Shown here: positions 11,101-19,711 of the stretch, piece by piece | Position numbering within the stretch: position 1 is the first letter of the stretch | How the letters are laid out: each line of letters opens with the position of its first letter | Assembly (NCBI GenBank): GCA_046290225.1 | Contig: JBKAGE010000078.1 | Coordinates: forward strand, 448,001 to 512,000 | Source of the DNA: Bradymonadia bacterium | GTDB taxonomy: Bacteria > Myxococcota_A > Bradymonadia > UBA7976 > UBA1532 | Direction of reading: 5' to 3' | Length of the DNA: 64,000 nt | Translations under genes and position numbers: made by a program | The notes under the pieces: generated by a model | What the model was told of the DNA's origin: nothing | What the model saw: only the letters and a program-made list of their open reading frames with translations | Database searches by the model: none

Positions 11101-12052
11101 CGGCTTCGGCGAGATCTACTTCGCCAACCTGCGCACCCGCGCAGTGCGCCGCATCACTGATGATCCCGGGGGTCAGTACCACCCGGTCATCGACGGCAAG
11201 TGGATCGTGTGGGCCGACAACCGCGATGGAGACTTCGACCTCTACGGCTTCAACCTGAAGCGTGGTGTGGAAGTCGCCCTCACCGACACGGCCATCAACG
11301 AGACCCGCCCCCACATCAACGACGGCTGGGTGACCTTCGAGGCCGACACCGCCTCGGTGGAGTACACCGACTTGCGGATGATGAACCTGGGCAACCTGGC
11401 CACCATCCAGCTGACCAACACCCCCTCCGAGAAGGAGAAGCCGGTCCACGCCGACGGCGAGCTGGTGTGGGTGGATCATCGCTCTGGCAAGCGCGATGTC
11501 ATGCACGGCGCCCTGCCCAACCTGCAGGCGGTGTACAACAACAAGAACGCTGTGGCCCTCACCGCGGGCCTCATCGCCCGAGCCAGCACTGCCCATGAGC
11601 TGCTGGCCCTGTGGCAGGCAGAGGCCGGGGTGACCGCCCTGACCCGCTACACCACCCTGCTGCCCTCGCCGGCAGCGGAGGAGGTCCGGTGGGAGAACGG
11701 CGCCCCTGTGGGCGACGACTTCAACCTCGAGGCGGGCAGCTTCCTCTGGGTGGAATTCGCCGACGGCCGCGTGGTGGACCTCATCGACGATCCCTGTAAC
11801 GCCCCGAGCCTCTCTGCTGGGGTGAACGCCTTCGGCTTCGCCTGCTTCCCCGACGACTACTCGGCTTGGCAGCTGGTCCGGGAGCTGGGGGCGGCGAACG
11901 TCAACGCGGTGCGGATGCTCGACTCGGCCACGGGCCGCTGGGTGAGCTCCGCCGTCGTCGGTGGGCAGCTCGCCGGTGACGACTTCGCCATCCCCCGGGT
12001 GGCGGTGGTGATGTTGGACATGGCAGCCCCGGTTGCGGAGTGGAACCCATGA
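8135..12052 (+). CDS. Secreted multidomain protein: conserved-looking N-terminal domain, Ig/FlgD-like module, TolB-like beta-propeller repeats, C-terminal tandem domain pair
   Basis: Signal peptide MRRLTLIFVLLCLSLPAQA; VWDARNDDG..SSGWYSIKI; repeated VVWQDxRxxGxxDIW/Y blades; start overlaps the upstream stop (GTGATG, alternative GTG start 8132). Confidence 0.8.
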   Translation: MRRLTLIFVLLCLSLPAQAARQFDGVCSVVKMEILQELTLERIGFLATLEITNNESDASITDFSAALTFQVEDENGELVEAADLFFVQAPELRGVRSIDGTGVIRPGETATISWFIIPTITAGGTDANGINYNVGALLGGSLLGEPIDPDTLAVIPDTITVRPEPQLEILYFQPRDVQGDNPFTPNVESPIPFTLGVRVKNVGYGTARKLKIASEQPRIVENEGGLLLVPQLLGARVDDDPLDNSTLTVDLGNIEPSSCRKASWDMITSLSGEFTEFEASYTHDLDLGGGRDISVITAIDAHFMVAEVLNDQPGRDSLLDFLATTDDNTRELIPDTLFESDCNTLPVNHLQDVELLEFANLTARIRVNVDVANHIFFRLDDPGQARYDIVRVTRSDGKVLDSHNSWTNMRYREEDNARLEYLNVFDFAPLGEYEYLVEFSAPEVDLAPPVSQMLFSGPREEVGGINYITPETQMLFLVEDASPVSSYYRLDGGDTLPGFPFTVPASGAHVVEFWAEDASGNIEDVQRADLFVTVDDPALAGVATSTGEVFTGGNSVTVRPEQVEVSFDGQTQGATFTTSAEVYRGVYAFPTLAGTPSSPTRDTVASLTVGGHLVDFYQYRVGVEDWSDERPVDQVIELENLSGTVIVSVRGRSQHSTEWNTAEQTVTWEVNPLAPLTAISGTPASPSRTGDATFTVSNVELYRWRFPGSFYRAEAAPSVVVNLNQLDDGQQALDVIGRNGGQWQDEEAPTFVNWRVDRLYGTRLPADARVRHEALGDAERFVWDARNDDGVPVSSGWYSIKITMTDGLGRETAQIVPVRVGDLLPDGEAVSYSGAASQREAYASGRWAVWSDQRLGDWDIWYRPLDVDAPGAPLLVKALNQERPHTDGRYVVWQDRQADGNYDIWIKPIEGGEATAITSTAGQNETRPVVSWPWVVYQSQSVADQNNPTQLFAHNIQQQETFQVDPTDWNQADPRIDGDRIVWQDFRDAGFGEIYFANLRTRAVRRITDDPGGQYHPVIDGKWIVWADNRDGDFDLYGFNLKRGVEVALTDTAINETRPHINDGWVTFEADTASVEYTDLRMMNLGNLATIQLTNTPSEKEKPVHADGELVWVDHRSGKRDVMHGALPNLQAVYNNKNAVALTAGLIARASTAHELLALWQAEAGVTALTRYTTLLPSPAAEEVRWENGAPVGDDFNLEAGSFLWVEFADGRVVDLIDDPCNAPSLSAGVNAFGFACFPDDYSAWQLVRELGAANVNAVRMLDSATGRWVSSAVVGGQLAGDDFAIPRVAVVMLDMAAPVAEWNP

Positions 12053-12753
12053 AGAATCTTCTGATTTTCGCGTTGCTGATGTTGCCGTGCGCCGCCGAGG
12101 CCATGACCGTTGACGAGCTGCGCGCTCTCCAAGAAGAGCACGCCCGGGTCATCGTCATCGACGTGCGCTCACCCTACATGTTCTCTCAGGGGCACATCCC
12201 CGGAGCCCTGAACATCCCCGCGGGCGAGCTCGCAGAGAAGCGCTTGCCCCAGCTGGGCCAGGTGGTGGTCTACGGCGACGGCATCCACGTCGATGCGGTG
12301 GACCAGGCCGTGACCGCCCTCAACAACAAAGAGGGCATCCAAGCAGAAGCCCTCGTGGGCGGCTTTCCTACCTGGGAAGGCCGCAACGGGATCACCACCC
12401 ACGCAGCGGGCATGGAGAGCCACCATGCCAAGACGCTCGACTACAAGCAGCTCAAGGCCTTGTCCACGGACCGCCCGGTCATCCTGGTGGACCTGCGCAA
12501 GCATCGGACCAACCTGCGCCGGCACTTCCCTCAGGGGCGGATGCAGTACACCTTGCCGCGCCGCGTCGACGACAGCGGTGAGATCCTCTACGTGATCATC
12601 GACGACGGTGACGGTCGCGCCGAGAAGGCCGCCCGCAAGCTGAAGGCCATGGGCACCCCCCGGGTGGCCATCCTCTCTGGTGGCGCCCACGCCATCCGCA
12701 GCGAGGGCCGCCCGCAACGCAAGATCATCCGCCCGAGGGGGGAGCAGCAGTGA
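12049..12753 (+). CDS. Secreted tandem rhodanese-homology protein, active-site Cys absent
   Basis: Signal peptide; IDVRSPYMFSQGHIPGALNIP and LVGGFPTW; second domain ILVDLR..ILSGG; ATGA overlap with the upstream stop. Confidence 0.85.
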   Translation: MKNLLIFALLMLPCAAEAMTVDELRALQEEHARVIVIDVRSPYMFSQGHIPGALNIPAGELAEKRLPQLGQVVVYGDGIHVDAVDQAVTALNNKEGIQAEALVGGFPTWEGRNGITTHAAGMESHHAKTLDYKQLKALSTDRPVILVDLRKHRTNLRRHFPQGRMQYTLPRRVDDSGEILYVIIDDGDGRAEKAARKLKAMGTPRVAILSGGAHAIRSEGRPQRKIIRPRGEQQ

Positions 12754-15700
12754 GCACCAAGATCGCAGCCATGAGTCTACGGATCGCCCTCAGCGTGGCG
12801 GCACTGACCTGCGTCGCGCCTCTGCACGCTCAGGCGCAAATCGCCATGGATGATGTGCAAGTGGTGGACGTGAGCCCCACCGGGTTCTCGGTGACCTTCA
12901 GCGCCGACGAAGGCGTGCCCCGCATCGCCATCTTTGCAGGCGACGTTGGCCAGGAAGCCGAGGTCAAGCTCTACGAGCACGAGTCGTGGCCTCTCGACTC
13001 GGGTGATCCCACCATCGTCGAGCCGTATGACCAGCGTACCTACCTCGCGGAGGTGCGTCAGGAGGCCGCCGCCCTCGGGCTGATGTGGGCCCGAGTGGAG
13101 GGCCTTGTCCCCGGTGAGACCTACAAGTACCGGGTGCTCACCGAGAGCCAGGGCGACAGCGGCACGTGGCCCGCTGATGGCAGCCTCGCCTCCATCACGT
13201 TGCCTGACGAGAACAAGTTCCTGTCTCACAGCACCGCCATCTGGCTGGGGCTGGATGACGACACCGCCCGAGGCTGGGTGATCACCGCCACCGCCCCGGG
13301 CGTCCTCTCCCCCGTCTCCGCCATCGCAGGTGACGGCGCTCCTCGGGGCAAGGCCTACATCAACCTCGCCGGCATGCTGATGCCCAATGGCGAGAGCTGG
13401 TCCCCCAACGGCGATCCCGTCACCCTGGAGGTCCAGCGCGGTGCGGGCCAGTCCAGCGCGGTGGTCGTGGACGTCGAGGCCTCCAACGGCTTCGCAGTCG
13501 GCGAAGTCATCGAGGTCCAGATCGGCGGCGCCATCTCCGCGGCCTTTGATCCTGTGGAGACCATCGTTCCTCAGCCCGACGCCCTCGACATCGACCTGGT
13601 GTTGAGCCACGTGTTGGAGGCCGACGTCCCCGTTCAGATCGCCCTGGCCAGCGATCCCCCCGGCGTGCTTTTCGACGACAGTGGTCTGCCGGACACCATC
13701 CCGGTCAACGACGAGATCGTGGCCCCTGTGGGTCTGACGCCGCCCGGACCCGGCGAGTACACCATCATCGCCACCATCACCCCCGACGAGGGCAACGCCA
13801 TCGCCACCTCGGCGACGGTCCGGTGGCTTGATCCTGCCCTGGCGCCCACCATCACCGCCATCAACTTCCCGTCGCCTGTCAACGAGGGCACCGGCTTCAC
13901 CCTCAGCGTAGAGGCTGATGATCCCAACGATGACGTCGCCACGCTCACCTATGCGCTGGATCAGGACAACGACGGCACCTTCGAGGTGAGTCAGACGGGT
14001 AACCCCGACTTCAACCTGCTCTTCGCCGACAATGGCAACATCACCGTCACCGTGGCGGTGATCGATCCCGAGGGTGGTCGTGTGGAGCAGGCTCAGCTTC
14101 TCGCTGTGCAGAACGTCGCCCCCACGGTGGACAACGTGGCGCCCGCAGTGGGCCAGGAAGGCCAGCCCTACGCCTTCGACCCTGTGGTCAGCGATCTGGG
14201 CACCGACACCTTCAGCTTCGCCTTCAACCGCGCCCCCGAGGGCGCCACCGTGGACGCCGACACCGGCGCCGTGCGGTGGACCCCCACCCTGGCCAACCGC
14301 CGGAACCGCGACACCACCTTCACCCTGGCGGTGAGCGATGATGATGGTGGCGTAGGCCTCTACACGTGGCAGGTGGATGTGAGCCTCATCGATGACAACG
14401 GTGACGGCGTGCCCGACACCTGCGCCGATGAGTTCAACCTCGCAGGCCCTGGTGATGATGATGGCGACGGCCGCTCCAACGCCTTGGAGTGCAGCGAGGG
14501 CGGCAACCCCCTCGCTGGCAGCCTCCCCACGGCGCCGGTGACCATCCGCCCCCGCAACTGCCCCACCGTGGCTGAGCGCCCCACCCTGGAGATCGAGGCC
14601 AGCTCGGATCCGGAGAACGACGCCCTCACCTACACCTTCCAGATCCTGTTCGACGCCCCCGACGTCCAGAACGCCGACGATCTCGACGTGGCGGCGGAGA
14701 TCACGGGCATCGATGCCCTCACCTGGGCGCCTGATGCCGATCTCGCGGATGGCTTCTACCACTGGCGTGCTCGGGCCAACGACGGCGTGGGCGATGGTCC
14801 CTGGAGCGTGGTGGAGCAGTTCACCGTCAACCTGCAGGCAGCCTGTGGTTGCCCCATCGGTCAGCCTGACCTCGACGGCGACGGCATCTGTCAGGACGTG
14901 GACAACTGCCCCGGAACCCCAAACCCCGATCAGACGGATGACAACGGCGACGGCTTCGGCGACGCCTGCGTGAGCCCCTCTGCCGACATCGATCCCACCG
15001 CCATTCTCGGCGAGGGCATCGTCATCGGTGAGAACGCCGAGATCGGGCCCTTCGCTCGGGTGGACGACGGCGCTCGGGTCATGGGCACCATGGGCTCCAG
15101 CTCTCGCCTCGGCGCCGGCTCGGTCCTCAGCGCAGGCTCGAGCCTGAGCAACGGCGCTCAGATCGGTGACAACGTGGGCATCGGCACCGGCACCAGCATC
15201 GGCACCATCACGCGCATTGGCGACGGCGCCACCGTGGGTGACGGCGTCACCATCGGGGCCCAGGTCAACATCGGCGCCGGCGCTGTCATCCCCGATGGCG
15301 TGCAGATGGGACAGATCATTCAGGTGGGGGCCAACACCCAGCTGGGCGGTGGCTGTGTTGTGGGCGATAACGTCATCATCGGCGCCAACGGCACGATGGG
15401 GGCTGGCTGCACGATCGAGTCGAACGCCCGCGTGGGCAACGATTTCGTCTTCGGCGCCGCCGTGCACATCGAGGCCAACGCTGTGGTCGACGACGAGGCG
15501 AACTTTGGTGAGGGTACCCGCGTGGGCGACTACGCCTTCGTGGGTCGCAACGCTCACCTCGCTGCCGGTACCACCCTCTCCTCTGGCGCCACCCTCGGCG
15601 AAGACGCCAATGTCGGCGCCAACTCCGAGATCCGCGGCGCCCTGGGCAACGGTGTGACCTTGGGTGAGGACTGCTTCGTGGGGAACCAGAGCAGCCTCGC

Positions 15701-16223
15701 CGACAGCTGCACCTTCGGCGACCGCGTCACCACCGGCATCTTCGTGAGCCTCGACGCGCGCTGCGACATCGGCGAAGACACTGCCATCTACGACGGGGTC
15801 GTCCTTGGCGCCGATGCAACGATCGGTGCCCGCGGCATCGTCTTGTTCCGGACCAACATCGGCGCCCGAGCCAACATCGGCAACGACACCATCGTCGACG
15901 CGCAGATCACCATCGGCACCGACTTCAGCCTGGGCAACAACAGTCGTCTGTGGCCCCGCTCGACCTACGGCAACACCGTCACCATCGGCAACAACGTGCT
16001 GATTCGCGACACCGCCGACGTAGGCGACGACGTCACCATCGAAGACGACGTCATCATCTTCCCCAGCACCACCATCGGCGACGACGCTACGATCCGCCAG
16101 GGTGTGGGCATTGGCGTAGCAAACTGCAGCAACCGTGTTTGCGGTCAGGTCACCATCGGCGAGTGCGCCGATGTCGACGCCGATATGTCCCCCCGCAGCA
16201 ACCGAGAGAGCGCCTGCAACTGA
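12750..16223 (+). CDS. Secreted protein: FN3-like, PKD/cadherin-like Ig domains, TSP3-type Ca-binding repeats and a ~400-aa hexapeptide (left-handed beta-helix) C-terminus
   Basis: Signal peptide; VQNVAPT..YAFDP..GATVDADTGAVRWTP; DLDGDGICQDVDNCP; continuous [IV]Gxxxx hexads from ~14970; GTGA overlap. Confidence 0.8.
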   Translation: MSTKIAAMSLRIALSVAALTCVAPLHAQAQIAMDDVQVVDVSPTGFSVTFSADEGVPRIAIFAGDVGQEAEVKLYEHESWPLDSGDPTIVEPYDQRTYLAEVRQEAAALGLMWARVEGLVPGETYKYRVLTESQGDSGTWPADGSLASITLPDENKFLSHSTAIWLGLDDDTARGWVITATAPGVLSPVSAIAGDGAPRGKAYINLAGMLMPNGESWSPNGDPVTLEVQRGAGQSSAVVVDVEASNGFAVGEVIEVQIGGAISAAFDPVETIVPQPDALDIDLVLSHVLEADVPVQIALASDPPGVLFDDSGLPDTIPVNDEIVAPVGLTPPGPGEYTIIATITPDEGNAIATSATVRWLDPALAPTITAINFPSPVNEGTGFTLSVEADDPNDDVATLTYALDQDNDGTFEVSQTGNPDFNLLFADNGNITVTVAVIDPEGGRVEQAQLLAVQNVAPTVDNVAPAVGQEGQPYAFDPVVSDLGTDTFSFAFNRAPEGATVDADTGAVRWTPTLANRRNRDTTFTLAVSDDDGGVGLYTWQVDVSLIDDNGDGVPDTCADEFNLAGPGDDDGDGRSNALECSEGGNPLAGSLPTAPVTIRPRNCPTVAERPTLEIEASSDPENDALTYTFQILFDAPDVQNADDLDVAAEITGIDALTWAPDADLADGFYHWRARANDGVGDGPWSVVEQFTVNLQAACGCPIGQPDLDGDGICQDVDNCPGTPNPDQTDDNGDGFGDACVSPSADIDPTAILGEGIVIGENAEIGPFARVDDGARVMGTMGSSSRLGAGSVLSAGSSLSNGAQIGDNVGIGTGTSIGTITRIGDGATVGDGVTIGAQVNIGAGAVIPDGVQMGQIIQVGANTQLGGGCVVGDNVIIGANGTMGAGCTIESNARVGNDFVFGAAVHIEANAVVDDEANFGEGTRVGDYAFVGRNAHLAAGTTLSSGATLGEDANVGANSEIRGALGNGVTLGEDCFVGNQSSLADSCTFGDRVTTGIFVSLDARCDIGEDTAIYDGVVLGADATIGARGIVLFRTNIGARANIGNDTIVDAQITIGTDFSLGNNSRLWPRSTYGNTVTIGNNVLIRDTADVGDDVTIEDDVIIFPSTTIGDDATIRQGVGIGVANCSNRVCGQVTIGECADVDADMSPRSNRESACN

Positions 16224-16287
16224 TGCTCTCCAGCCGTCTCGGAGACGGTGTGCGTTGAGTCAGACGGCTGCCCAAGCCGCTTCAACA

Positions 16288-16359
16288 CATCTGACATCCC
16301 ACCCCTATACAGAGCACAACACTCTTTCCCAGCCTGCATCTGCCATCCCACTTTCAGAG
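16288..16359 (+). repeat. Imperfect direct repeat CATCTG[A/C]CATCCCAC..CAGAG, 2 copies, 49-bp period
   Basis: catctgacatcccacccctatacagag at 16288 and catctgccatcccactttcagag at 16337. Confidence 0.6.
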
Positions 16360-16713
16360 GGTGGGTGAGCATGGGCAACCATGCCCCAGTGCACGCACTC
16401 ACGGGCCTCATTTCCGGGGCGTGGAATGTGCACCACAGCGCTCTATGGCCTCTGATGAGCCCCAATTGTGCAGCTGTGCACGATTCACATGGACACATCC
16501 GTGTGACGTCGGCGCTCACACAGTGAAGCCGTACACACCTGAAAACAAAAGCCTTCTACACCAATCGGTGTGACTGAGCCCACATTCACCACAGCTCACC
16601 ACACGATATCCGGTTGCCTGAATGTGCATTCATTCACAACAATCCACCACAGCTCAGGGCGCCCGGCATGGGCATCCACAGCACACATCATCGTTCTCCA
16701 AAGGAGGCCCGAC

Positions 16714-17409
16714 ATGGCTGAAGTCATCACGCTCGGCACGCGACTGAAAGGCATCTTGAAGGAGCGTGGTCGCTCCCAGACCTGGCTCGCCGAGAAGACC
16801 GGCATCGATCGCAGCGAGATCAACCGCATCTTGAACGGCCGCAAGGCCCCCCGCGGGGAGCACCTGCGCTGGATGGCCACGGCCCTGGGCATGGACGTCG
16901 ATCAACTCGTGGGCGACGCTCAGATTCCCCAGGAGACCGTCCGCGAGGCCGAGCGTCTCCAGTCGGTCATGGAGAAGAAGCTGCTCGCCGAGAGCGAGCG
17001 GGACATCGCCCTCGCTCGGGTGAAGAGCCTCGAGGCTCAGCTCGAAGCCGAGACTCAGCGGCGCATCTCTGCGGAAGCAGAGTTGGAGACCATCAAGAGC
17101 GAGCAGGCCGAGACCACCGAGATCAACCGCAGCCTGCGCAACAGCATTGATGGCATGAAGGAAGCCCGCCAGAAGCTCGCCGGGTACGCTGAGCTGCTCA
17201 AGCAGCAGCGAGACAACGCTCAGGCGGCCCTCGACGAGGCCCGCAGCTGGATTCAGCGTCTGTCCGCCGAGCACTCCGCTCAGGAGAGCTGGAACACCTT
17301 CCTCGGCCGCTTCGATCGCTTCTTCAACACGTCGTTCTCTCAGAGCGGCAACGAAGACGCCGAGCCCACCGAAGACGAGCAGCTCAACGGCGCCGCCGCT
17401 CAGGGCTGA
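16714..17409 (+). CDS. XRE-family HTH regulator with long C-terminal coiled coil
   Basis: AAGGAGG RBS before ATG 16714; LKGILKERGRSQTWLAEKTGIDRSEINRILNG; heptad-rich tail. Confidence 0.85.
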   Translation: MAEVITLGTRLKGILKERGRSQTWLAEKTGIDRSEINRILNGRKAPRGEHLRWMATALGMDVDQLVGDAQIPQETVREAERLQSVMEKKLLAESERDIALARVKSLEAQLEAETQRRISAEAELETIKSEQAETTEINRSLRNSIDGMKEARQKLAGYAELLKQQRDNAQAALDEARSWIQRLSAEHSAQESWNTFLGRFDRFFNTSFSQSGNEDAEPTEDEQLNGAAAQG

Positions 17410-17425
17410 GCTCAGCCCCCAGAGC

Positions 17426-19042
17426 TCACAGGCCCAACCCCACCAGCACCGTGTCGATGCCGAACCGATCATCCCGCCGCTCGGGATAGTCGGTGGTGAA
17501 ATGCAGGCCTCGGCTCTCCTTTCGGAGCATGGCCGAGCGAATGGTCAACTCCGCCACGAGAGCGAGGTTGCGCAGCTCGAGCAGATCCGGCGTCACCACG
17601 TAGTTCCAGTAGTACTCGTGGATCTCTTCTTGGAGCAGCTCGACGCGTCGACGGGCCCGGGCCAGGCGGCGATCGCTGCGCACGATGCCCACGTAGTTCC
17701 ACATGAACCGGCGGATCTCCTTCCAGTTCTGCAGAATGAGCACGCCCTCGTCGGTCTCTCGGGCGTCGCCTACGTCCCACGAAGGGATCTGCGCAGCCCG
17801 GGCGAGGGCCTTGCGGTGTTGCTGCGCATGATCTGCGGCACGTGTGGCAAAAACCGCCCCTTCGAGCAGGCTGTTGCTGGCGAGGCGGTTGGCGCCGTGC
17901 AAACCCGTACACGCCACCTCTCCGATGGCGTAGAGTCCCTGGATGCTCGTCTGCCCGTGTGCGTCGGTCTGCACGCCTCCGCACATGTAGTGGGCCGCAG
18001 GGACCACAGGGACCGCCTCGGTGCGCATATCGATGCCCAGAGCGAGGCACCGGCCATGAATGTTGGGGAACCGCTCCGCGAGGAAGGCGCCATCTTCTGC
18101 GGTCATGTCGAGCAGGACGTGCTGCTCGCCGCTCTTCTTGAGCTCGTTGTCGATGGCTCGGGCCACCACGTCTCGCGGGGCGAGGCTGGCGAGTGCGTGG
18201 TAGTCCTCCATGAAGGAGGTGCCATCGCGACGCCGCAAAATGCCCCCTTCCCCCCGCAACGCTTCGCTGATCAGGAAGCTGTTGGCCTTGGGGTGAAACA
18301 GGCAGGTGGGGTGGAACTGGAAGAACTCCAGGTTGGCGATGTTGGCCCCTGCCCTCCACGCCATGGCCACCCCATCACCCGTGGCCACGTCGGGGTTGCT
18401 GGTGAACTTGTAGAGCTTGCCCGCTCCACCGGTGGCGAGCACCGTGACATCGGCGTGGATCAGCTCCACACGTCGGTTGTCCACGTCGAGCACGTAGGCG
18501 CCGAGGCAGGTGTTGACGCCACCTTCGCTGAGGTGCTTCCGGGTGGTGATGAGATCGACACCGTGGAAGTCGTCAAGGATCCGAATGTTCGGGTGAGCCT
18601 CGCAGGCCGCCACCATGGCCTTCTGGATCGCCTGGCCGGTGATGTCACCGGCGTGAAGCACCCGTCGGTGGCTGTGGCCGCCCTCTTTGCCCAAGTCGTA
18701 GTCGCCGTCAGCGCCAAGATCGAAGACCACGCCAAAGCGCTCGAGACGCTTGATGGCAGCAGGGCCCTCTTCAACGCAGAGCTGAACGATATGGGGCTTG
18801 CACAACCCTGCACCCGCGGTGAGCGTGTCCTGGACATGGGCGTCGAAAGAGTCATCGTCGCCGAGGACGCTGCTGATGCCACCTTGGGCGTAGCGTGTGT
18901 TCGCCTCCTGCCGACTGCGCTTGGTGGCGATGATCACCTGCCCCTCGTCTGCAGCTTCGAGGGCGAACATCAATCCGCTGATGCCGCTGCCGAGGACGAG
19001 GTAGTCAGTCTTGATGGGAGGGCGAGGCTGATTCTGGCTCAT
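17426..19042 (-). CDS. nadB: L-aspartate oxidase
   Basis: GSGISGL FAD motif, YAQGGI, QFHPT, SEALRGEGG, HYMCGG, HGANRLASNSLLE, ESRGLH. Confidence 0.97.
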   Translation of the reverse strand: MSQNQPRPPIKTDYLVLGSGISGLMFALEAADEGQVIIATKRSRQEANTRYAQGGISSVLGDDDSFDAHVQDTLTAGAGLCKPHIVQLCVEEGPAAIKRLERFGVVFDLGADGDYDLGKEGGHSHRRVLHAGDITGQAIQKAMVAACEAHPNIRILDDFHGVDLITTRKHLSEGGVNTCLGAYVLDVDNRRVELIHADVTVLATGGAGKLYKFTSNPDVATGDGVAMAWRAGANIANLEFFQFHPTCLFHPKANSFLISEALRGEGGILRRRDGTSFMEDYHALASLAPRDVVARAIDNELKKSGEQHVLLDMTAEDGAFLAERFPNIHGRCLALGIDMRTEAVPVVPAAHYMCGGVQTDAHGQTSIQGLYAIGEVACTGLHGANRLASNSLLEGAVFATRAADHAQQHRKALARAAQIPSWDVGDARETDEGVLILQNWKEIRRFMWNYVGIVRSDRRLARARRRVELLQEEIHEYYWNYVVTPDLLELRNLALVAELTIRSAMLRKESRGLHFTTDYPERRDDRFGIDTVLVGLGL

Positions 19043-19078
19043 CTTCTTGCTCCACCGGCCCTCAGGCGGGGTGAACGT

Positions 19079-19711
19079 CTATTCGGAAACCTGAGCGTCC
19101 GGGCCGTCACCCTCGCCACGCTTGGCGTCGAGGGCCTGGAAGAAGCCGCGGAAGTACCCAAAGGCGCTGGTCAGGCTGAAGAAGACCGACCCCCACATCA
19201 CGATGATGCCCACGCGGTGAAAGTCGACGGTGGCGTCGTACAGACCGAAGAAGGACAGCTCGTAAGGGTAGTGCACCACCAGACACATAATGCCCATCAT
19301 CTGCAGGGCGGTCTTGTACTTCCCCAATTGCCCTGCGGCGATGACGAGCCCTTCGTTGATGGCCATGGCCCGTAAGCCCGTAATCGTGATCTCTCGAGCC
19401 AGGATGATGACCACCAGAGAAGCCGGCACCCGATAGAGAGGCACCAGCATCACCAGCATGGCCATGACCATCAGCTTGTCGGCGAGGGGGTCGAGGAACT
19501 TCCCCATGACAGTGACCAGCCCCTGGCGTCGTGCGAGCCACCCGTCGAGGAAGTCGGTGATGCTCGCAGCAGAGTAGACATAGCCAGCCCAGACGCAGTC
19601 TTCGGGAGAGCCTTGCCAGATGAGGGCCATGACCACGGGAATCGCCGCCACGCGGGCCAGGGTCAACAGATTGGGGAGGTTGAGGAGCTCGGCCTTGAGG
19701 GTGGACTTCAT
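19079..19711 (-). CDS. pgsA: CDP-diacylglycerol--glycerol-3-phosphate 3-phosphatidyltransferase
   Basis: NLPNLLTLAR; TDFLDGWLARR..GKFLDPLADK. Confidence 0.93.
   Translation of the reverse strand: MKSTLKAELLNLPNLLTLARVAAIPVVMALIWQGSPEDCVWAGYVYSAASITDFLDGWLARRQGLVTVMGKFLDPLADKLMVMAMLVMLVPLYRVPASLVVIILAREITITGLRAMAINEGLVIAAGQLGKYKTALQMMGIMCLVVHYPYELSFFGLYDATVDFHRVGIIVMWGSVFFSLTSAFGYFRGFFQALDAKRGEGDGPDAQVSE

Noticed and set aside
1266..15557. Long antisense ORFs (e.g. 4587-6944, 8543-11596, 12777-15557), and similar ones elsewhere (20582-22516, 38235-40508, 56012-58192)
   Set aside because: Shadow ORFs expected opposite high-GC3 genes; V/G/D/H-rich translations with no recognisable motifs
14970..16223. 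LpxD/GlmU acyltransferase call
   Set aside because: Signal peptide, Ig/TSP3 domains and excessive length argue against a lipid A or GlmU enzyme
16224..16713. Possible CRISPR array or small ORFs in the intergenic region; 16570 start for the XRE gene
   Set aside because: Repeats are short, few and irregular, with no cas genes; the small ORFs lack the genome's codon bias; a strong RBS supports the 16714 start
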